A stretch of 64,000 bases of DNA from positions 82,276,001 through 82,340,000 of the forward strand of contig NC_045696.1 of the NCBI RefSeq assembly GCF_009834535.1, read 5' to 3'. The notes beneath the pieces were generated by a model. It was given only the letters and a program-made list of their open reading frames with translations, was not told the origin of the DNA and ran no database searches. This DNA comes from Camelus ferus (Eukaryota). Within the stretch, counting starts at the first letter, position 1. Each line of letters starts with the position of its first letter. Position numbers and translations under genes: made by a program. Shown here piece by piece: positions 1 to 13,235 of this stretch.

Positions 1-44
1 TATCTTCATATCTCTCATTTTCTCTCTAATTCTTTTCGTATCAT

Positions 45-345
45 GGAGCAGTTTTTAAACGTCCACACATTTTTTGATGCTCCTTCTTTCAAAGAGCTGA
101 ACTTTTTCCTCACCTGGCGTGTAGGCTGGGATTTCCCTCACCTTGTGTACATGCTGGACTGAGTGACTCACTTCCAACAACTAGAATATGGTGGAAGGGA
201 CGCTGTGTGACGAGGTCATCACAGGCACCACAGCTCTCTCCTTGCTCTCGCTCTGAATCGTGTACTCTGGCAGGTCAGTAGCCGTTTTGCGAGAATACAT
301 CAGGCAGCGCTATGAGGAGGCCCACGTGGTCCACCTCAGGGGAGG
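45..345 (+). mobile_element. MaLR (MLT1-like) LTR fragment
   Basis: Resembles recalled MLT1 motifs (gtgactcacttccaacaactagaatatgg; ggagaggcccacgtgg-like); bounds approximate. Confidence 0.5.
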
Positions 346-2419
346 AGGGTACAGGGGACTGTCTTCCTAGTTCAGTGGCCTTGCTATTATTATAAAGAGT
401 TAAACCATATTGCCTTGAGCTTTTTGAAACTATCTTTTCTGCCCCTTCCCCCACTTTGTATGCTCTTAGTGTCTCTGCGCAGCTCCATTTAGGTCCTACC
501 GCCAGCAAGGTTCTCTCCGTAAGGGACTTCGTCCTGGAAAGGAGAACCAGCTGGTTAGTTCTGAGATTTAGTAGGGCCCAGACTGCCCCACACCATTTAA
601 CCTTTCCTTTGCCTTCACTCTTAGAAGCCCTTTCCAGCTCTGGCACTGTTCCGCAGAAAGCTCACTCAATTAGCTTTCTAGACTGAGTTTAGTATGTTTA
701 GATTTTAGGCTAAGTACCTTTGCGAGCTCGATTTTGAGTTTGCTGCTGTTCAGTGCCGCCGGAAGACCCTTCGCCTGCTTCCTGCTTCCTCCTGCCCACT
801 TGCTGATGCCACGTGGGTCTCGTTGCTGTCAGTCAGCCCTTCCCTTGTATTTCGGAGTTCACAGGATACCTTACTACTTTCATAGTAGATAATTGTTGTG
901 CATTTGTTGTGGTGCTGGTTACTGTTGGAGGATTAGGTAGATTCAAAACTGCACGATTGCCACTTTAATCTTGTACAGGAATTGTCACATTTTTAATTTC
1001 CTGAAGTTCCTTTGTTCTCTGGATTTCCCGTTTCCTTACATCTTCTGATTCTTGGTTCACGCACCATACATCATCTTTTAACTCCCTAAGTATACTAGTG
1101 ATTTTAAAAATTCTTTTCTTCTCCTTACATTGTCCTTATTTTCTCCAAGTTCCCTTTTTTCTTACCGTTTGTGCATCTCATTTTCATGTCTGAGTCTTTC
1201 TCCAGCTATCTTGAGATCTTTGGCCCTCTAAGCATATACAGAACTAGGCGTTACATTGGGAGCTCTGTGTATATACATAGGACCTGTCAATCAGTGGGCT
1301 TCTCTGTAACTGCTTGGGCAGCAACAGATTCATCTAGCTGAGGGACTCTACACAATCAATACCTGTTGGTTTTTTCTCTTGGGTTGGCCAGCTTCCCAGA
1401 TAGGTGTCCTCCAACAAACCTCTATTGGGTAGGGGAAGAGGGTGATTAAGCTTGGTTGCCAGTAAGTTCTCAGAGGAACTGAAGAGGGGCTAGGGAGGGA
1501 TCTCATGGTTTGATACACAGATTTTACTCAGCCTTCCTATCCAATAAGGCACTCAAACATGACCAGTGTCTCTGAATCCAAATCCTCTGTGTTTCAATCT
1601 GTCCTGAAAATAAACTTTCTGTTTTTTTCTAGGGTGGGGACGAGGGAAGTCTCCTGTCTGCCTGGGGGTGAGAAATGGAATTTAATAGTTTATTTTCTTA
1701 CACTTTTAAACTAATCATCTTGTCTTCATCCCTACCCACCCATATCCACCTCTTCCTTCAGAGTTACCTGGTACAATTACTGGTTCACTTCCTAAATTTG
1801 GGGGGATTTTGAAATTTGAAAAGGTTGTTCCCCCAACCTTTGCAGGCACTTGAATATAAAGTCAGGTAAATACACCCTCATGCTTGCTAGATTCCAAAAT
1901 TTTGTTGGCATCTATCCAGTTCTCTTTATCCTTACAGACTTACGATGTGGTTTCTTCCTTCAATTCTTTAATTGTTTGAATGGGGTTCAAAAGGCATGGC
2001 GATAAACACTTTCGTTTTACCTTTGCCATCTTTTTAACAGAAGTTTTGTCATCCTTTTGATAAATCCTTTTTCTGCTTAAATAAACTGAGAATAGTAATG
2101 TTAACTAAAATGCTAGAAATATACCTACTCTAATGTTTTCAAGACAAGGGTTCTGAATAGGTCTGAAGTAAACCCATCAGACATGTAACAAGACTGCATG
2201 CCACCAGAATGTTTTACAACTCAGTGATTGAAGTAGGTTTTTTAAAATTACCTAAAATTTTTATTTATTCTTATTAAAACCTGTTTAGGCATGGAGTTTC
2301 AAAAATCATGTATACATGTACATACATAAGAAGAAAAATAAAAGCAGAACTTGGTTAAGGTATTCCTAAAAATATTTACATTTAGAGTCCTTGCCTTCTG
2401 AATCACATTTTAAAAATAT

Positions 2420-2930
2420 ATATATATTTATTTTTAATTGTTGTAAAAAAAAAACCCCACATACCATAAATTTTACCATCGTAACCATTTTTAAGTATGC
2501 AGTTCAGTAGTGTGAAATATAGTCACATTGTTGGGCAATAGAGTTCCAGAACTTTTTCATCTTACAAAATTAAAACTCTGAGGGGAGGGTATAGCTCAAG
2601 TGGTGGAATGCATGCCCAACATGCATGAGGCCCTGGCTTCGATCCCCAGTACTCCATTAAAAAAAAAAATTAAATCAATAAACATAATTACCTCTAATCC
2701 TGCCCCCCCAAAACCTAAACTAAACCTCTGTACCCATTAGACAGCAGCTCCCCATTTCCTCCCCACCACAGCCTCTGGCAACCATGGTTCTACTACCTGT
2801 TTCTGTGAATTTGACTACTTCATATACCTTAAGTAAGTGGAATCAGAGTATTTGTCTTTTTGTGATGGCTTTTTTTCTCTTATGTCCACAAGTTTCATTT
2901 ATGTTGTAGCACGTGTCATGCCTTTTAACG
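2420..2930 (-). mobile_element. Old L1 3' fragment interrupted by a SINE
   Basis: Typical antisense L1M 3' motifs (ttaccatcgtaaccatttttaag; agcctctggcaaccat). Confidence 0.7.
2582..2716 (+). mobile_element. tRNA-Ala-derived SINE (Vic-1-like)
   Basis: GGGGAGGGTATAGCTCAAGTGG...CCCCAGTACTCC head, A-rich linker, taattacctc tail; imperfect TSD taaaactctg/taaacctctg. Confidence 0.85.
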
Positions 2931-3569
2931 AAGAAAGTTTTGTGGAGAAAGAAAAGTTTTAATAATGTAAGTTCTGTGGACAAATATTTTAATGAAGTCA
3001 GTTTTGAAGAGAAAGAAAAATGCATTTCCCTTTAACAAGCAACACTGAAAATGCGAGTCACTCTGAAACAGTGGATCAAAAATCTTAAGGCCTTTGAAAG
3101 GGTTCCTCAAAAAATTTAAATATATATTAAGCCCAAACTTAGGAGGGCAAAGAAAAAAAAGATACCCTTCAGTTTTGCAAGCAAATAAAAATCACTTAAG
3201 TGTAAGAGACATAACATGTCGAATAGTTATTATCCTTGGGGTTTCATGGCAAATAATCCCACCTGCTGGCAATACCGTAAATATCAACAGTGGCCACTCA
3301 AATGCCAGCATCATTTTTCCCAAAGGGCTCATAAGTGAGTGCCTCCTCCCCTAGGAGAAGAGGCAAAGTCCCAGTTTTGAGCTGCTGTGGGCTGGTTGTC
3401 ATGTGATCAGAACATTTCCCCAAATTCCGCTTCCAGGGTTTACCCTCACAAAGTAAAACCCAGTGCAGAAACAAGATTTGCAGAAGCTAGTCTTAAAGCT
3501 TGAATTGGTTTGGGAAGCCTAAGAACCCGTTAAAGTTTGTTTATAAAGAGGCACTTCCCAAATACATTG

Positions 3570-3698
3570 GGGGGGATAATTAGATTTTATTTATATATCT
3601 ATGTATTTTTATTTTACTTTTAATGGAGGTACTGGGGATTGAATCCAGGCCCTTATGTATGCTAAGCACATGCTCTACCACTGAGCTATATCCTCCCC
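3570..3698 (-). mobile_element. tRNA-derived SINE (Vic-1-like)
   Basis: Reverse complement of the same head; TSD ccaaatacattg at 3558-3569 and 3702-3713. Confidence 0.88.
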
Positions 3699-4671
3699 TC
3701 TCCAAATACATTGTGAAAAAAATTTTCTGAAGCATGAGCATGCTCACCTACTGCTCAGCCCACTGAGTATTAAGAAACAGGCAGATGCATTCCCCCAACA
3801 CTCACAAGTCTGCTTCTTCACGCTTGCTCTTTTTCTGATTCTCTAGTAGCCTCTCAGTTGCTTCCTTCCCTTGCCTTCTTCTCCTTTCTGCCTTCCGTAT
3901 TTTGTTTCCTCTTCTGTTCCCTTGAGTCCTGTGTAGTTGCTGGCCTTCCCTGGCTCCCCAGCCCTTCCTGTCTGCTCCATAGTGCACAGAGAGTCCAGCG
4001 GGGTGTCACAGCTGGGTGGGGTTTCACTTGGGTAAACCACCACATCCTGGAACACCATCCCGCAGTGTTTTCTTAAGACTTGGGAGCTGAAGTCACATCA
4101 TTTAAGCAGGGAGAAAAGGTGAAACCATTTACGCTGGCTAGCTCTCCAGAGAATGGCTGTGTATAAATCTCCAAAAGGTGAAATTAAGTGGAAATGACTA
4201 CGGAGGTAAGTCTAGGGTCAGGGCTAGAGGACTAGCTAAAAGAAAAGGGCACCTGGGGTGATGGTGGCATCAGGATGGGCAGCCAGGGCTGCAGGTTGTG
4301 GCTGGATTCACGAGCTCTCTTTCCCACCTAACCTACTGAGGCTGGGTCAGCTGTGGGGCAGTGGCTGGGACAACTGTCTGGTTCCACTTCTATGTGTTCC
4401 TGGGTAAATTAGAACTGGATCTATCTCATTTGAAAAAAAAAAAAAAAAAGAAAGAAAAAGAAAAGGATGCCCAATTGTGACTTCCGAAAAAGTACTCTGG
4501 GTGTATGGGACATTCTATCCCCAGGCATGAAGGTGGGCTCTGCAAAGTTATTTTGAAGGTCGCCTGTGTGCAAACGGTTTCTTGAACCATTCTAGAATAT
4601 AGTATCACAGAAAGACCTATTTTATAGGGAGGAAGCCATGAATATTGTAATTTCAAGAATATCTATTAGGC

Positions 4672-5052
4672 TAGAAAGGGAAAGAAAAATACCACATGAT
4701 ATCACTCATCTAAAAAATATGGAATCTAAAAAAAGAAAAAGAAGACACTAATGAACTCATCTACAAAACAGAAACAGACTTGCAGACATAGTAAACAATC
4801 TTATGGTTACTGGGGTAGGAAGGGATACATTTGGGAGATTTGCAAATATTAAGTAGTATATGTAAAATTAAAAAAAACCCTACATTTCTTCTGTATAGCA
4901 CAGGGAACTATATTCGGTATCTTATAATAACCTTTAATGAAAAAGAATACGAAAATGAATGTATGTAAGTATATGCATGACTGGGACGTTATGCTGTACA
5001 CCAGAGACTGACACATTGTAACTGACTATACTTCAATTAAAAAAAAAAAAAC
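4672..5052 (+). mobile_element. 5'-truncated L1 3' end with poly(A)
   Basis: L1 3'UTR motifs (ctgtatagcacagggaacta; gctgtacaccagag), A tail, TSD ctattaggc at 4663-4671 and 5053-5061. Confidence 0.85.
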
Positions 5053-7158
5053 CTATTAGGCCCTGGCCTAAGGACAGAATCTAAATTTTATTAACAGAAT
5101 CTAAAATTCTATTTATAGTTTTATCCCTTTAGTTTAACTTTTTAACCCTCCCTTAAAATGTAAGCAAATCCCTGGAAGGATAATAGAGTGACCCTTATGA
5201 ATCTGGAGCCTCAAATCACGCCAGGCCTGCCCCTAACCTCCATGATCTACATCCTTCGCTCCAGGCAAACTGGAATTCACTCCTAGAGCCAGCCCCAGGC
5301 TCCTAAAGGCCTTCATGCCTGAAAGCTTTTGAGCCTGTTTTTCCTGCCCGAGTCGCTTCCCTCCCTTTCCTCTTTTTGGCTATCTCAGTTCTTCAAAATC
5401 CAGGCAATGTCACTCTCTGTTCAAAGGCTGTGCTCCCAGCCAGACTTAATCCAACTGGGGGTTCCCTGACTACATGGGTCTCTCCTTCCTGATGGCCCTT
5501 GTAATCACTGGCATCTTTCCACCAGCTTAAGACTTCATCAGTGACATGAACTGGGTCTTGTTCTCTACTGAATCTCCTGATTTGGTAAGAACATCTGGCC
5601 CATGGTAATTTCTGTTTGTGGAGTGAACTAATTCTTTACTGTCAATGTGTTTTTAATGGAGTGGGGGTGCAGAGCTGGAGTAGAGAAGGTAAAAATGCCA
5701 AGAGAAGAAGGTAAAGAGAGGAGGCTGGGGTCACTGGAGGCAAACTCCTCTAGAGGACAGTTTTGCAAAACGCCAGACAGCTTAGCGGCAGGCCAAGTCC
5801 TCTTATTCTCTCTCTCTTAGAAGGTCACTCTAGTTGATAAACACAGCATTTATCTAAAGTTCAGAGTTCTAAGTGTTGTTTTGCAAATCATATAACAGGC
5901 TTCTCTTTTTCATTTTAATTTAGGTGTGTTTACATTACATCAGACATTTCCAGATACAGAAAGCAGCTCTACAGCTCTTAAAAATATTCACTAAATGTAT
6001 AAAATTAACAGCTGAATATGAAATAAAGCAATATTTAGTAGTGACAGTGTTCTCCCAGTAGCAAATGATCCAACTTATTATTTAATACTGACAACTAGAT
6101 AAAACATTATCATGTTAAGCATTGCAAATTACTGAAATTACACAGAGAAAAAAGATAAATGTATCAACTGCCATTGAAAGCTCAAAAGAAGCTATTAATA
6201 AAAATACTGACTCTCGAATGGCTCTAACAGAGCTAAGCTCCAGTATTTTTTCTGGGTTTATTTGATTTTTTTTGGTGTGTGTTTTGTTCCTAAACCACGT
6301 GATAAGCTTTAAAACATATAAAATATTGTAGCTTTCTGAAGAGACACAAACTAAAATTATGCTTAAAAATCTGGTTTACTTGGATAATTTCTGCTGTGTG
6401 GCATTAGTAAATATATATATATAAAATCTCAGCTCTTAATAGCACTGAAGTTCCTTGTGTGTGAGCAACAAAGGTACTCAAAATCCTGATTGCTGTGACA
6501 AGCTCCTTATTTGTATGCCCAGATGGCATCCTGCCCTTCGGTGATGATATCTTCCACTTACTGGCCCTATGTGACCAATTCCAGGGAAAAAAAATGGGAC
6601 AGGACTTGTCTTTCTATATATTTTCTAAAAGTTATTATAACCATTGCATTAACTGTATGCTCCAAATGTTCATTAAAACAGAAACCAAATCAAACCCTTT
6701 TTACCTTTAGTAATCACGAGGAAATCTGTACGTGTTTATATAATACATTGTCCATACTGTTTTAAACTAATAATAAACCAAAATTAATTGATTAAAAAAG
6801 GTAGCTCTCATTGACTGCTGAAATTTAAAATGTATTGACACATTTAATGCAATTGCCAAAGTGATGTTTAATGAACTGTATCTCACATAATAAAATAGGG
6901 CAAAGTTTAAAACTCAAATTTGCTTTGGATTTGTATCTGCTACCATCTGTTGGTTCCCGGATCCTGGGTTACATAATTCTTATTTTTACGTTAAACATTA
7001 CCAGCAATAAAAACAGGAAGAAAAGGGGAAACAAAAACTCGTGTAGGAAAGTTAGGATTTCACACAGGCTTGACAGTCTTATTTTCTTCTCAGAAATCCT
7101 AGAAAACAGAAAACCACAGGAAGATGTCTTATTTGAGAAAGACTCCCTTCAACTTGTT

Positions 7159-7357
7159 ATGAGTCAAACAGGGAAGAAAAGTTCCTCAGACGGAGAAAAG
7201 AAACAAAAGCCCAGACTTCATTTGTCGACAAATTCCTCAGGGGCTCAAAACTCAAGTCCCCCAAAGCTGAAAGTGGAAAAGAGAGCAATGAATGACCTTA
7301 AAACAACTGATTTCCAAATCAGTGAGGAGACACTGAAGATAGCCTCCTTAGACCCTG
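7159..7357 (+). pseudogene. LRRC31: LRRC31 first coding exon, with two compensating frameshifts
   Basis: ATG 7159 MSQTGKKSSSDGEKKQKP. The homologous QTSFVDKFLRGS..AES lies in a shifted frame from ~7212. The frame is regained at the AATG duplication 7287-7294 (NDLKTTDFQ). Phase-1 donor G|GTAAAC at 7358. Confidence 0.85.
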
Positions 7358-8510
7358 GTAAACTTCTGACTGCTGTTATTTCTTTATTTTTTAGAATAAT
7401 GTTCTCCCCTAAAAAGATCACATGGGTTAAAAAAACTAATACTGTAAGTCTCTGTTCTAAACATTTATTTTGTTGCCTTAAATTATTTAACTAATTTGCT
7501 CGTTTTACTTTTAAATTATCAAAAGTAATACGATATTACAAAAGGTTTACAGAAAATAACTTACTTCCTTTTATTCTAACACAAATGGTCATTTCTTCAA
7601 GATTCTTTTCAGTCTTTTATTCATATGCCTGCATTTGTGGTCAATCAACCAGTCAACTAACACTGAGCACCTACTCTGTGCTGGCCACTGTTGTTAGAAA
7701 TATAGCCAAGAAAAACAGGACCCTGTGTACACAAAGAACCAAAGGCAGGCATAATTTCAGTGTGATAAGTCATACAAAGAAAAATAAAGCAGACTAAGGA
7801 GACAGTGATGGATGAGTTGGGGGTGCTATTTTAGATGAGGTTGGAAGGAAGGGGTCCCTGATTTGTTGGCATTTGAGCAGAGATCTGAATCAAGTCAGCC
7901 GTATAGAATGGATGAGTGAAGCCAGCTACATAGGTATTTGTGGGAGCAGCTTTCCAGGCAAAGGATCTGTAAATGCAAAGGCCCAAGGTGGGAGTGAGCC
8001 TAGGGTGCTTGAGAGTGAGCCAGGATATCAGGGATGCTGAAGCAGGATGAGAGATGGACGAGAGTCTCCTACTGAGACTATCAGAGAGGTAGCTGGGGCC
8101 AGACTGGACGTCCTTTGCACTGTTATAATAGCTTATAAAGCCCTCCTGAGCTTACATGGAGACGTGATCCCATTTCTGGGACACATTACTATACTGCTCA
8201 GCTCTCACAGTGCCACGTGATGTTCAGACACCTAATTTTAACAGTGGCATAATATTCCATTACATGCATATGCCATCATTATGTAACTTCCTTTTTTGCC
8301 CTTTAGTGAATATCTTTGGCTTTCCCTCTCCCCTATTATCTTCTTCACTGCATTTCAGGTATTTTTAGTATAAATTCCCAGAGCAGAGATTACAATTTCA
8401 AGGGTTATGAAAACAAATATTACCAATTCTCTCTCTAAAGTTATGTGTCATATACAATGCCATCAATATGTTATCAATTAGATTAAACATATTTTTTAAA
8501 CACTTTGAGC

Positions 8511-8639
8511 TTTTTTCTTTTTGGTGGAGGGAGGTAATTGGGTTTATTTATTTATTTTTGGTGGAGGTACTGGAAATTGAACCAAGGACCTCATGCCTAC
8601 TAAGCATGTGCTCTACCACTTGAGCTATACCTTCCCCCC
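8511..8639 (-). mobile_element. tRNA-derived SINE (Vic-1-like)
   Basis: ctctaccacttgagctataccttcccc is the antisense SINE head. Confidence 0.85.
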
Positions 8640-10613
8640 AAACATTTTAAACTTTTATGCAAACATATACAAAAGAGAGAACCATATAAGGACTCCCCAT
8701 GATCACCTCTCTCTAACAATTATCAACCAATCTTGTTTCATTTACACCCACCCTCATTTCCCTTGGTATTTGCACCAAATACCCAAAATAATATCATTTC
8801 ACCAGTAAGCAGATTGAATATATTTTTGGAAATAGAAAGCTAAAAAGTCTGCCTTTAAAGGAGATAGTCTACCAGAAAGTTGTTGGTATTTGTTCTAAAG
8901 TACGTCTTCGAGCTTCGAGAACATGGTTAATGAATACCTATAACCATGATTAAATTAATAGTGCAAGACCGGCCAGCTGGTTATCCCAGCTGGGCGACAC
9001 TGGCTGCTTAAGCCATGCGTTGCTTCTCTATTTCCATTTCTTCTCAAACTCAGTGGCTCCTGGAGTCACATTAATCCTGTCCCACAGTTGGCTCTGGGAC
9101 CTTGTTCTGCCTCTCCATGGCTATCCTGGCTTTCCTTGTCTCTTGCCTGGACTACTGCCACCACTTCCCAACTGGTTTCTCTGCTCGTAGTCTTGCTCTC
9201 TTTCCAACCTGTCCTCCACACTGCCTCCGGGTCCTCTTTCTAAACCACAGACACCACGATGTCTCTCATTTGCTTAAAATCCTTCAGCGAGTCTTTCTTG
9301 CCTTGAAGAGAAAGTCTGTACCCTTAAGCATGGTCGTCAAGGCATTTGTGATAGGTTGAACATCTCTTCATGACCTCTGCCTTCCCCTAACCTCACATTC
9401 ATCCTCTGTCCTGACATTCTGATACTTGCCATTTCTTGAACCGGTTACGTTCTGCCAAAGTGGTTCCCTGTGCCTAGAAACACCTTTCCTTGTGTTGCCA
9501 CCCTCCCTCTGCTCTCCTTCCCCGTTCATCTCTCCCTTATGTCCACCCGCCTCACTGACTCCCACTCATCCTTTAAGGTGCAATTTATCCACCACTTTCA
9601 CTTGGAAGCTTGCTGAGAGCCACCCACCAGACCCGAGGCACTCACTGTCACTACCAGCGGTCACGCTGCACCCGCTGCATGGCTCCACCATTGTACTTCC
9701 CTCTGTGCTGTGACCATCACTCTCTTGTTGGTCTCCTCCACTGGACAGATAGCTCCTTGACAACAGGAACTTGTTATCTTGGTTCCCGGACAGCACCACC
9801 CATGCAACAAACATGTAACAGCGTGTTATGAGAGCGTTGGGACTTTGGTTTGTGAACAACAGAATCCAACCCCTACAGGTTTAGCTTGCAAAAGAGCCTG
9901 ATGAGAAGATACTACTTAGCTCACAGGGTCGCCTGGAGAAGCAAGAGCTTGCTTCAGTGGTAAAGCAGCCAGAAAAGGCCCCAAGTCGCTCCACAAAACT
10001 GCTCATGTGTGGTCACTTTCGCACCCCCAACAGAGCACCAGCCCTCCCACCTCAGCCAGCCTGTAGCAGCTCTGACTCATCTGTTTGATATTTTGAGCTG
10101 TGACATAAATATTCTTTGAAGAAAGGGTTTCATAGAATAAAAAAAGAAGAAATATATGGTCTGTAAGGAGAGGTCCAGGGGCTTCATAAACTGGTACTTA
10201 TATTTATACTTAGGTGTTTTAATAAAGATTTATCACGCTGATTTATTTTGGTAATTGAGGAACTGTAAAATTAATATTCAGTCATTCAGTCAGTTATTTA
10301 TTCATTCAACCAATATTTATAAAGTATCCTTCATGTAAAAGGCACTGCAGAGTTCCATCTTCATGACAGACCTCAGTAAGTTTAAGACACTATGCTCCTA
10401 AGAAATGAACCAGGCAGGAATTATAGTTTCCATTTTATAGATGAGTAAATCAAGGCTCAGAGAAGCTAAGTGACTTGCTTACCTGATGAGCCCACAGTTT
10501 GAAACAGGTCTTTCAACTGTGCTGCTTGGACTTGCCAATCATATCAAATATTACAGAGTACCCAAGTAGTGTGTGGTCTGAGAAGAGACTTCTGAATCTG
10601 TCAGGTGGTGGGT

Positions 10614-10975
10614 TGTTGGGCTGCACCCCGTCGGCCTGCAAGCCTTGTAGCTGCCCGGCCTTAAGGCCGAAGAAAGAGCCCGGAGACAGTGACAGAGACA
10701 TCAGTGGTTCATTGGTTAGGGGACCTTACACAAAGGTCCTGGAGCGACATCCCACCGTGTGCAGCAGCCAGCCAGCAGAAGCAGCAGTCTTCGCTACTCT
10801 GGAGACAAGGATGCTACTATTTATAGGGAGAATTGACGTGAGGTGGGCTCATCAGGCACAAATTAAGCCCTATAATTAAGAGGATTGGATTCTCATGTGA
10901 GTGTAGCCAAGACTGGTTGAGCAGGGGATGCACAGAGAGCAAGAGGACAGTCATCTTGAGTGACCTGACCATGCA
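10614..10975 (-). mobile_element. Solo ERV LTR inserted in an L2 fragment
   Basis: TG...CA termini, near-TSD tgggt/taggt, minus-strand TATA (ctatttatag 10817-10826), relatively CpG-rich. Confidence 0.65.
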
Positions 10976-11231
10976 TAGGTCATTGGTGGTGACCTTTGAG
11001 AAACAATTTATTTGGCTAGGTGAACGTGGCAACCGGAATGTAGAGGGTTAATTGGTGAATGTGATGAAGAAGTGGCGCCAGCGAGCACAAACCATTCTTT
11101 CCAAACATTTGACAGTAAAGGAAATGATTGACAGAACTGTGGCTTGAGGAGAAAACAATGAAGGTTTGGTGAGACTGGAACTTGAGCATGATTGTAGATA
11201 GAGACTATGGAGATAAAAAGGCTTAAAAACA

Positions 11232-11530
11232 AAAGAGACTCATAGACATAGAATACAAACTTGTGGTTGCCAAGGGAGTTGGGGGTGGGAAGGGACAGAC
11301 TGGGAGTTAAAGATTTGTAGATACTGACAGGCATATGTAGAATAGATAAACAAGATTATACTGTATAGCACAGGGAAATAGATACAAGATCTTGTGGTAG
11401 CTCACAGCAAAAAAAAAGAGGTGACAATGAATATATGTATGTTCATGTATAACTGAAAAATTGTGCTCTATACTGGAAATTGACACAACATTGTAAAATG
11501 ACTATAACTCAATAAAAATGTTGAAAAAAA
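11232..11530 (+). mobile_element. L1 3' end fragment
   Basis: gactcatagacatagaatacaaac...ctgtatagcacagggaaa...aataaaa + A tail. Confidence 0.85.
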
Positions 11531-12537
11531 GAAAGAGCGAGCAATAAGATACAATGCAGAGAAATTTTTTTAAGCACAACAATTTTAAAAAGCACACACA
11601 CATAATGGGCTTTGGAGAAAGTGCTGGTTTCAAATTCTAACTCTTACTGCTTACTCATTAACAGTCTCTCTGAGTTTCAGTTTTCAAATCTATAAAATTG
11701 TGACCCTCTTGCATTAAGTTTACACAAAAACGTCCAGTACCCACTGGCATCTAAGAGGCAATCCATCCCATCCACAACTCTCCTCTGTACCACCCAAAAT
11801 GAGGGTTGCCAGAAAACAACACCTGCAATATTTGGGACATACTTTTACTAAACAATGATTACTTGTTTACTTGAAGTTTCAGTTTAATTGGACGTGCTAT
11901 TTTTATTTTTCCTAAATCTGGCAATCCTACCCAAAATAAAATACCTTGTATCCTATGTACCATAATAAAACTTGAAGGCCAGAATGAAGAGGTAAACGGT
12001 GGGTGGATGATGCTGCCTCCTACTGGTAAAATGTGGTAACATCATCCATCTCAGCAACATATACACCCTGTAGGTGGCTTTCTAAAAAATAGCAAGCCAC
12101 CAGACACTGTGGAGGAGAGGTGGAGTTCTCATTGTCCCGCTAATATTTTAGTCTAAATTTACTACTATTGTAATGCCACTACCTTTTCATTTTCAGTGGT
12201 GCCAATATATTTCTTTTTCACTACGTAGTTTTATACTTTTCTGTCAGGGTTAGCAGAATGTTACCGCACATTCAGAACTTAACGTTTTCCTATCGGATTG
12301 CAGTATACTCTTTGGATATGTTTTAATTTGTACGTTTTCACTTGTAAAATTTCTTTAAAGTCACTGTCAGTACACGCCTATTCATTTTTCCTTACAAAAA
12401 TATGATGTATTTTAAACCTGTCTTAAATGTTGGGTAAGGCAATGGCACAAAAAAAGGAACTCAATAAAATTATAGCTTTTTATTTTTATTTATTTGAAAG
12501 TTTTTAAATTTTAATGCTATCATGTTAGTAGGTAGGG

Positions 12538-13235
12538 TGTTACTACAGAGGAACCCGGTGGGGGTGCCACATAAGAAGTCCCTAATAACAAGGACAAATG
12601 AGGCTTTCTGAGTGTATTCTCCGGCAAGAGTTGAGAAAAAACTCTCACAGGCACTCCTCTCTCCGGATTTGTCAAGTGCAGGGTCTCGGAAATGAGCAGC
12701 GAATACTTCCCTCGCGCCCTATCGCCCTGAAGCTCATCGGTTGTGACTGCGAAGCTCCCCCTGCCTCACCTGCCTGGTTAGGAGCCCAGGACCTGTGCGT
12801 TGGCAGATGGGGTACAAGGAGAATAAATGGTTTACTGATAAGAAAACATAAATCAGGAGACATTTCAACATTATTACACCTGTTACAATTGCTTGGTGCA
12901 GGATGGCAAATGCATTCCCTTCCAGTACTGTATACACTACGGACAACCATGCATGCTTTCTCCCTGATCCTGGGGGATGCCTCGGGGCTACTTAAAGCCA
13001 CACTCAATTGACCATAAGTAGCATACAAAATGACACCTGTTTATCCCTGGCTTGTGATTTGATAACTCCTGGAGAATATGCATTTTTACCTGGGGCGCCT
13101 GGACGCCAAAAACCTTAACCATGGAGTAGGTAACCCGCCGCAGAAGTTCCAGCCCAGCAGCAGACAGTGGAAGAGAGGCTTCTGGACACGGGGGACTTTC
13201 CAACACTCTTAACTCGTGTTAAATTGACTCCACAC
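12538..13235. mobile_element. ERV1-like LTR-derived segment
   Basis: Abrupt GC/CpG-richer block starting TGTTAC with LTR-like composition; family and right boundary uncertain. Confidence 0.5.

Noticed and set aside
6871..7494. 207-aa ORF as a stand-alone gene
   Set aside because: Only 7159-7357 is LRRC31-homologous; the rest is chance open frame through 5' flank and intron
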